Source: an uncultured delta proteobacterium
GTDB taxonomy: Bacteria > Desulfobacterota > Desulfomonilia > UBA1062
Direction: 5' to 3'
Assembly: GCA_963798485.1 (NCBI GenBank)
Contig: CAWCTR010000004.1
Coordinates: 352,001-416,000 of the forward strand
DNA: 64,000 bases
In this document: piece after piece, positions 61,915 through 64,000 of the stretch
Numbering within the stretch: the stretch's first letter is position 1
Layout of the letters: every line of letters starts with the position of its first letter
Notes under the pieces: generated by a model
Told to the model about the DNA's origin: nothing
Databases searched by the model: none
What the model saw: the letters and a program-made list of their open reading frames with translations, nothing else
Position numbers and translations under genes: made by a program

Positions 61915-63060
61915 ATGATCAACCGGCCTGTATATTTGGAGCGGCTCGCAACCGCTGTGGAGCGGTCACCCATCACCGCCCTTCTCGGACCAAGGCAGTG
62001 CGGAAAAACGACCCTTGCCCGGACCTTTGCCAAGGGTCGCGTCTCGTCTTTGTTCGATCTTGAATCACAGCCCGATCTGATGCGCCTGCAGAACCCGGAG
62101 CTCATGCTGGGTTCCTTGCAAAATATTGTCATTATCGACGAAATTCAGGAGCGGCCGGAGCTGTTCCAGCTCCTCCGGGTCCTTGTCGATCGCCCGAAAA
62201 ACCGGGCCCGGTTTCTCATTCTGGGCAGCGCGTCACCGGATATTGTCAAAAAGGCCTCGGAGAGTCTGGCCGGGCGTGTGGAGTTTGTCGAGCTTGCGGG
62301 ATTCGACCTGACGGAGCTCGGCGCCGCAAAGGTGGACAACTTGTGGTTACGCGGCGGATTTCCGCGATCATTTCTCGCCGATTCCGAAGAAGACAGCATG
62401 GCCTGGCGAGAAGGATTTATCCGTACCTTCCTGACCCGCGATATCCCTCATCTCGGCATTGCCATCCCTCCGGCTGCCATGCGACGCTTCTGGACCATGC
62501 TTGCCCATTATCACGGCCAAACTTGGAATGCCTCGGAACTCGGCCGATCCATGGGGCTTTCCGACAAGACAGTGAGATCCTATCTCGACATCCTTTCAGG
62601 AACTTTCATGATACGCCAATTGCCGCCCTGGTATGAAAATGTAAACAAGCGCCAGGTCAAGGCGCCCAGAATATATTTCCGGGATTCCGGAATTCTCCAT
62701 GGCCTCCTCGATCTTACCGATCTTCACAACCTTTCGGGGCACCCGCGGGTAGGGGCCTCATGGGAAGGTTTCGCCCTCGAACAGGCGCTGCAGATCGTCA
62801 GGCCATCGCAAGCTTATTACTGGGCCACCCACGGCGGCGCCGAACTGGATCTTTTCTTCATGCACCGGGGGCACCGGTATGGCATGGAATTTAAATACAG
62901 CGAGGCGCCCAAAATATCCAAATCGATGCACACAGCCCTTGCTACCCTGAACATTGATCATCTATGGATTGTGCATCCGGGAAAGCATTCTTATCCTGTG
63001 GAAGAAAAGATATCAGTCTGGCCGCTTCGAGAACTTGAATCCTTGCCGAACCAACTGTAG
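61915..63060 (+). CDS. AAA_14 + DUF4143 family ATP-binding protein
   Basis: GPRQCGKTT, IDEIQ, LGSA, SLAGR, RGGFP, YFRDSG, ELDL..EFK (PD-(D/E)xK-like end). Confidence 0.9.
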   Translation: MINRPVYLERLATAVERSPITALLGPRQCGKTTLARTFAKGRVSSLFDLESQPDLMRLQNPELMLGSLQNIVIIDEIQERPELFQLLRVLVDRPKNRARFLILGSASPDIVKKASESLAGRVEFVELAGFDLTELGAAKVDNLWLRGGFPRSFLADSEEDSMAWREGFIRTFLTRDIPHLGIAIPPAAMRRFWTMLAHYHGQTWNASELGRSMGLSDKTVRSYLDILSGTFMIRQLPPWYENVNKRQVKAPRIYFRDSGILHGLLDLTDLHNLSGHPRVGASWEGFALEQALQIVRPSQAYYWATHGGAELDLFFMHRGHRYGMEFKYSEAPKISKSMHTALATLNIDHLWIVHPGKHSYPVEEKISVWPLRELESLPNQL

Positions 63061-63086
63061 GATGGATGAAGCGAAGCGTAACCCAT
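63057..63086 (+). repeat. Degenerate GTAG-type REP
   Basis: GTAGGATGGATGAAGCGAAGCGTAACCCAT overlapping the ATPase stop codon. Confidence 0.5.
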
Positions 63087-63173
63087 TACCAACTATGAAC
63101 CTCTCCAAGGCGGGAATTGGGGACGAGTTCACATTTCTCCCCATAAAAATAGTGCGCTAAGGCTGGCGGTCGG

Positions 63174-63593
63174 TTAATCCCAAGGATTAATAATCGCTAT
63201 GCCGGTATGTTTGAAATCGGTTTCATTCCTTGTTACTAAGCTGCAGTGGTTATGAAGTGCTGTGGCCGCTATAAGAGAATCGATTGCCGCCATTTTCTTC
63301 CCATCCGATTCAAGGGAGCCTATCAACTGACCCCACATGAGCACAACTTCAGTATCTATTGGGAGAATCCGACCACTAAACCGAGCCAGGAGTTCCTCGA
63401 TCAGCCATGAATGGAGAGTGGTTTTACGCCTCGAGTCAGGTAGTTTCTCTATCCCCTTTCTGATTTCTCCTATGGTGATCACACTCAGATAAGCGCTGTC
63501 AGGGTCTATGCTGTCTATCCAGTTGATTACTTTAGGATTGGGTTTTTTAGCGACCAGTTCTGAAATTACACAGGTATCGAGAAGATACTTCAT
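63174..63593 (-). CDS. vapC: VapC (PIN domain) toxin
   Basis: YLLDTCVISE, SVITIGEI, DSLIAATA, LVTRN..DF, NPW. Confidence 0.94.
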   Translation of the reverse strand: MKYLLDTCVISELVAKKPNPKVINWIDSIDPDSAYLSVITIGEIRKGIEKLPDSRRKTTLHSWLIEELLARFSGRILPIDTEVVLMWGQLIGSLESDGKKMAAIDSLIAATALHNHCSLVTRNETDFKHTGIAIINPWD

Positions 63594-63844
63594 AGTGAGA
63601 CATCCTCACGCATTCCGGTCATATCTCTACTGAGGTCGAGGTCGATCCCCACAAGAGGAGATTCGCGGAAGAAAGTGGAGAGCTTCTTCTGCGAGGAGAT
63701 CAGCTTACGATATTCACAATAGGATAGCATAACGGCAACTTCAACACCCCGCTTGGTAATAACCTGTGGCCCATGATGGACTGCTTCATCAACTACCTCG
63801 CTCAGTTTATTCTTCGCTTCTTGTATCTGCCAGGCACGTTTCAT
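63590..63844 (-). CDS. Phd/YefM family antitoxin
   Basis: WQIQEAKNKLSEVVD, GPQVITKRG; overlaps the toxin start. Confidence 0.93.
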   Translation of the reverse strand: MKRAWQIQEAKNKLSEVVDEAVHHGPQVITKRGVEVAVMLSYCEYRKLISSQKKLSTFFRESPLVGIDLDLSRDMTGMREDVSL

Positions 63845-63857
63845 TATTCATTCCCTC

Positions 63858-63903
63858 CTGTCTAGTCTGTCTAGATGATAATATGCCCCTGGCAAACTGT
63901 CAA
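63858..63903 (-). promoter_or_regulatory. TA operon promoter TTGACA-N17-TATCAT with CTAGACAG repeats (candidate operator)
   Basis: Minus strand TTGACAGTTTGCCAGGGGCATATTATCATCTAGACAGACTAGACAGG. Confidence 0.65.
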
Positions 63904-63931
63904 GGTTTGATTTAAATATTTTCAAGAAGAA

Positions 63932-63956
63932 GTAGGGGCAGCCTTTATGGCTGCCC
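63932..63956 (+). repeat. GTAG-type REP palindrome
   Basis: GTAGGGGCAGCCTTTATGGCTGCCC. Confidence 0.65.
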
Positions 63957-64000
63957 TTATCATATTTTATTGTTACTATCTTTTGGTGCCACAATTCGGC

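Overview
64-kb bacterial chromosomal window, most likely from an anaerobic Desulfobacterota ('deltaproteobacterial') genome; this is inferred from gene content and order (DUF1844-degQ-ispE-spoVG-tRNA-Gln-prs, long-form RdgC, sigma54 systems). Most of it is housekeeping and signalling: pdxR/pdxS/pdxT, rplM-rpsI-argC-Memo-mtgA, comM, prs, lon, a short glmU, mreBCD-mrdA-rodA, two sensor kinases, GGDEF and HD-GYP proteins. Accessory elements are one complete IS66 with an 8-bp target-site duplication, several REP/MITE-like repeats and a Phd-VapC toxin-antitoxin pair. The most unusual signal is an unannotated ~210-nt minus-strand RNA (about 42031->41821) with its own sigma70 promoter and intrinsic terminator. 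Its closing stems enclose 18 in-register GGY-NN-type pentamers (41922-42011), resembling a programmable guide RNA with no adjacent effector. Second is an orphan ATP synthase c-subunit gene under a sigma54 promoter, followed by an output-less Cache sensor and divergent from a sigma54 two-component system. Five genes, including mrdA and argC, carry single-base frameshifts that look like assembly errors. All calls come from reading the sequence and ORF translations; no searches were run.
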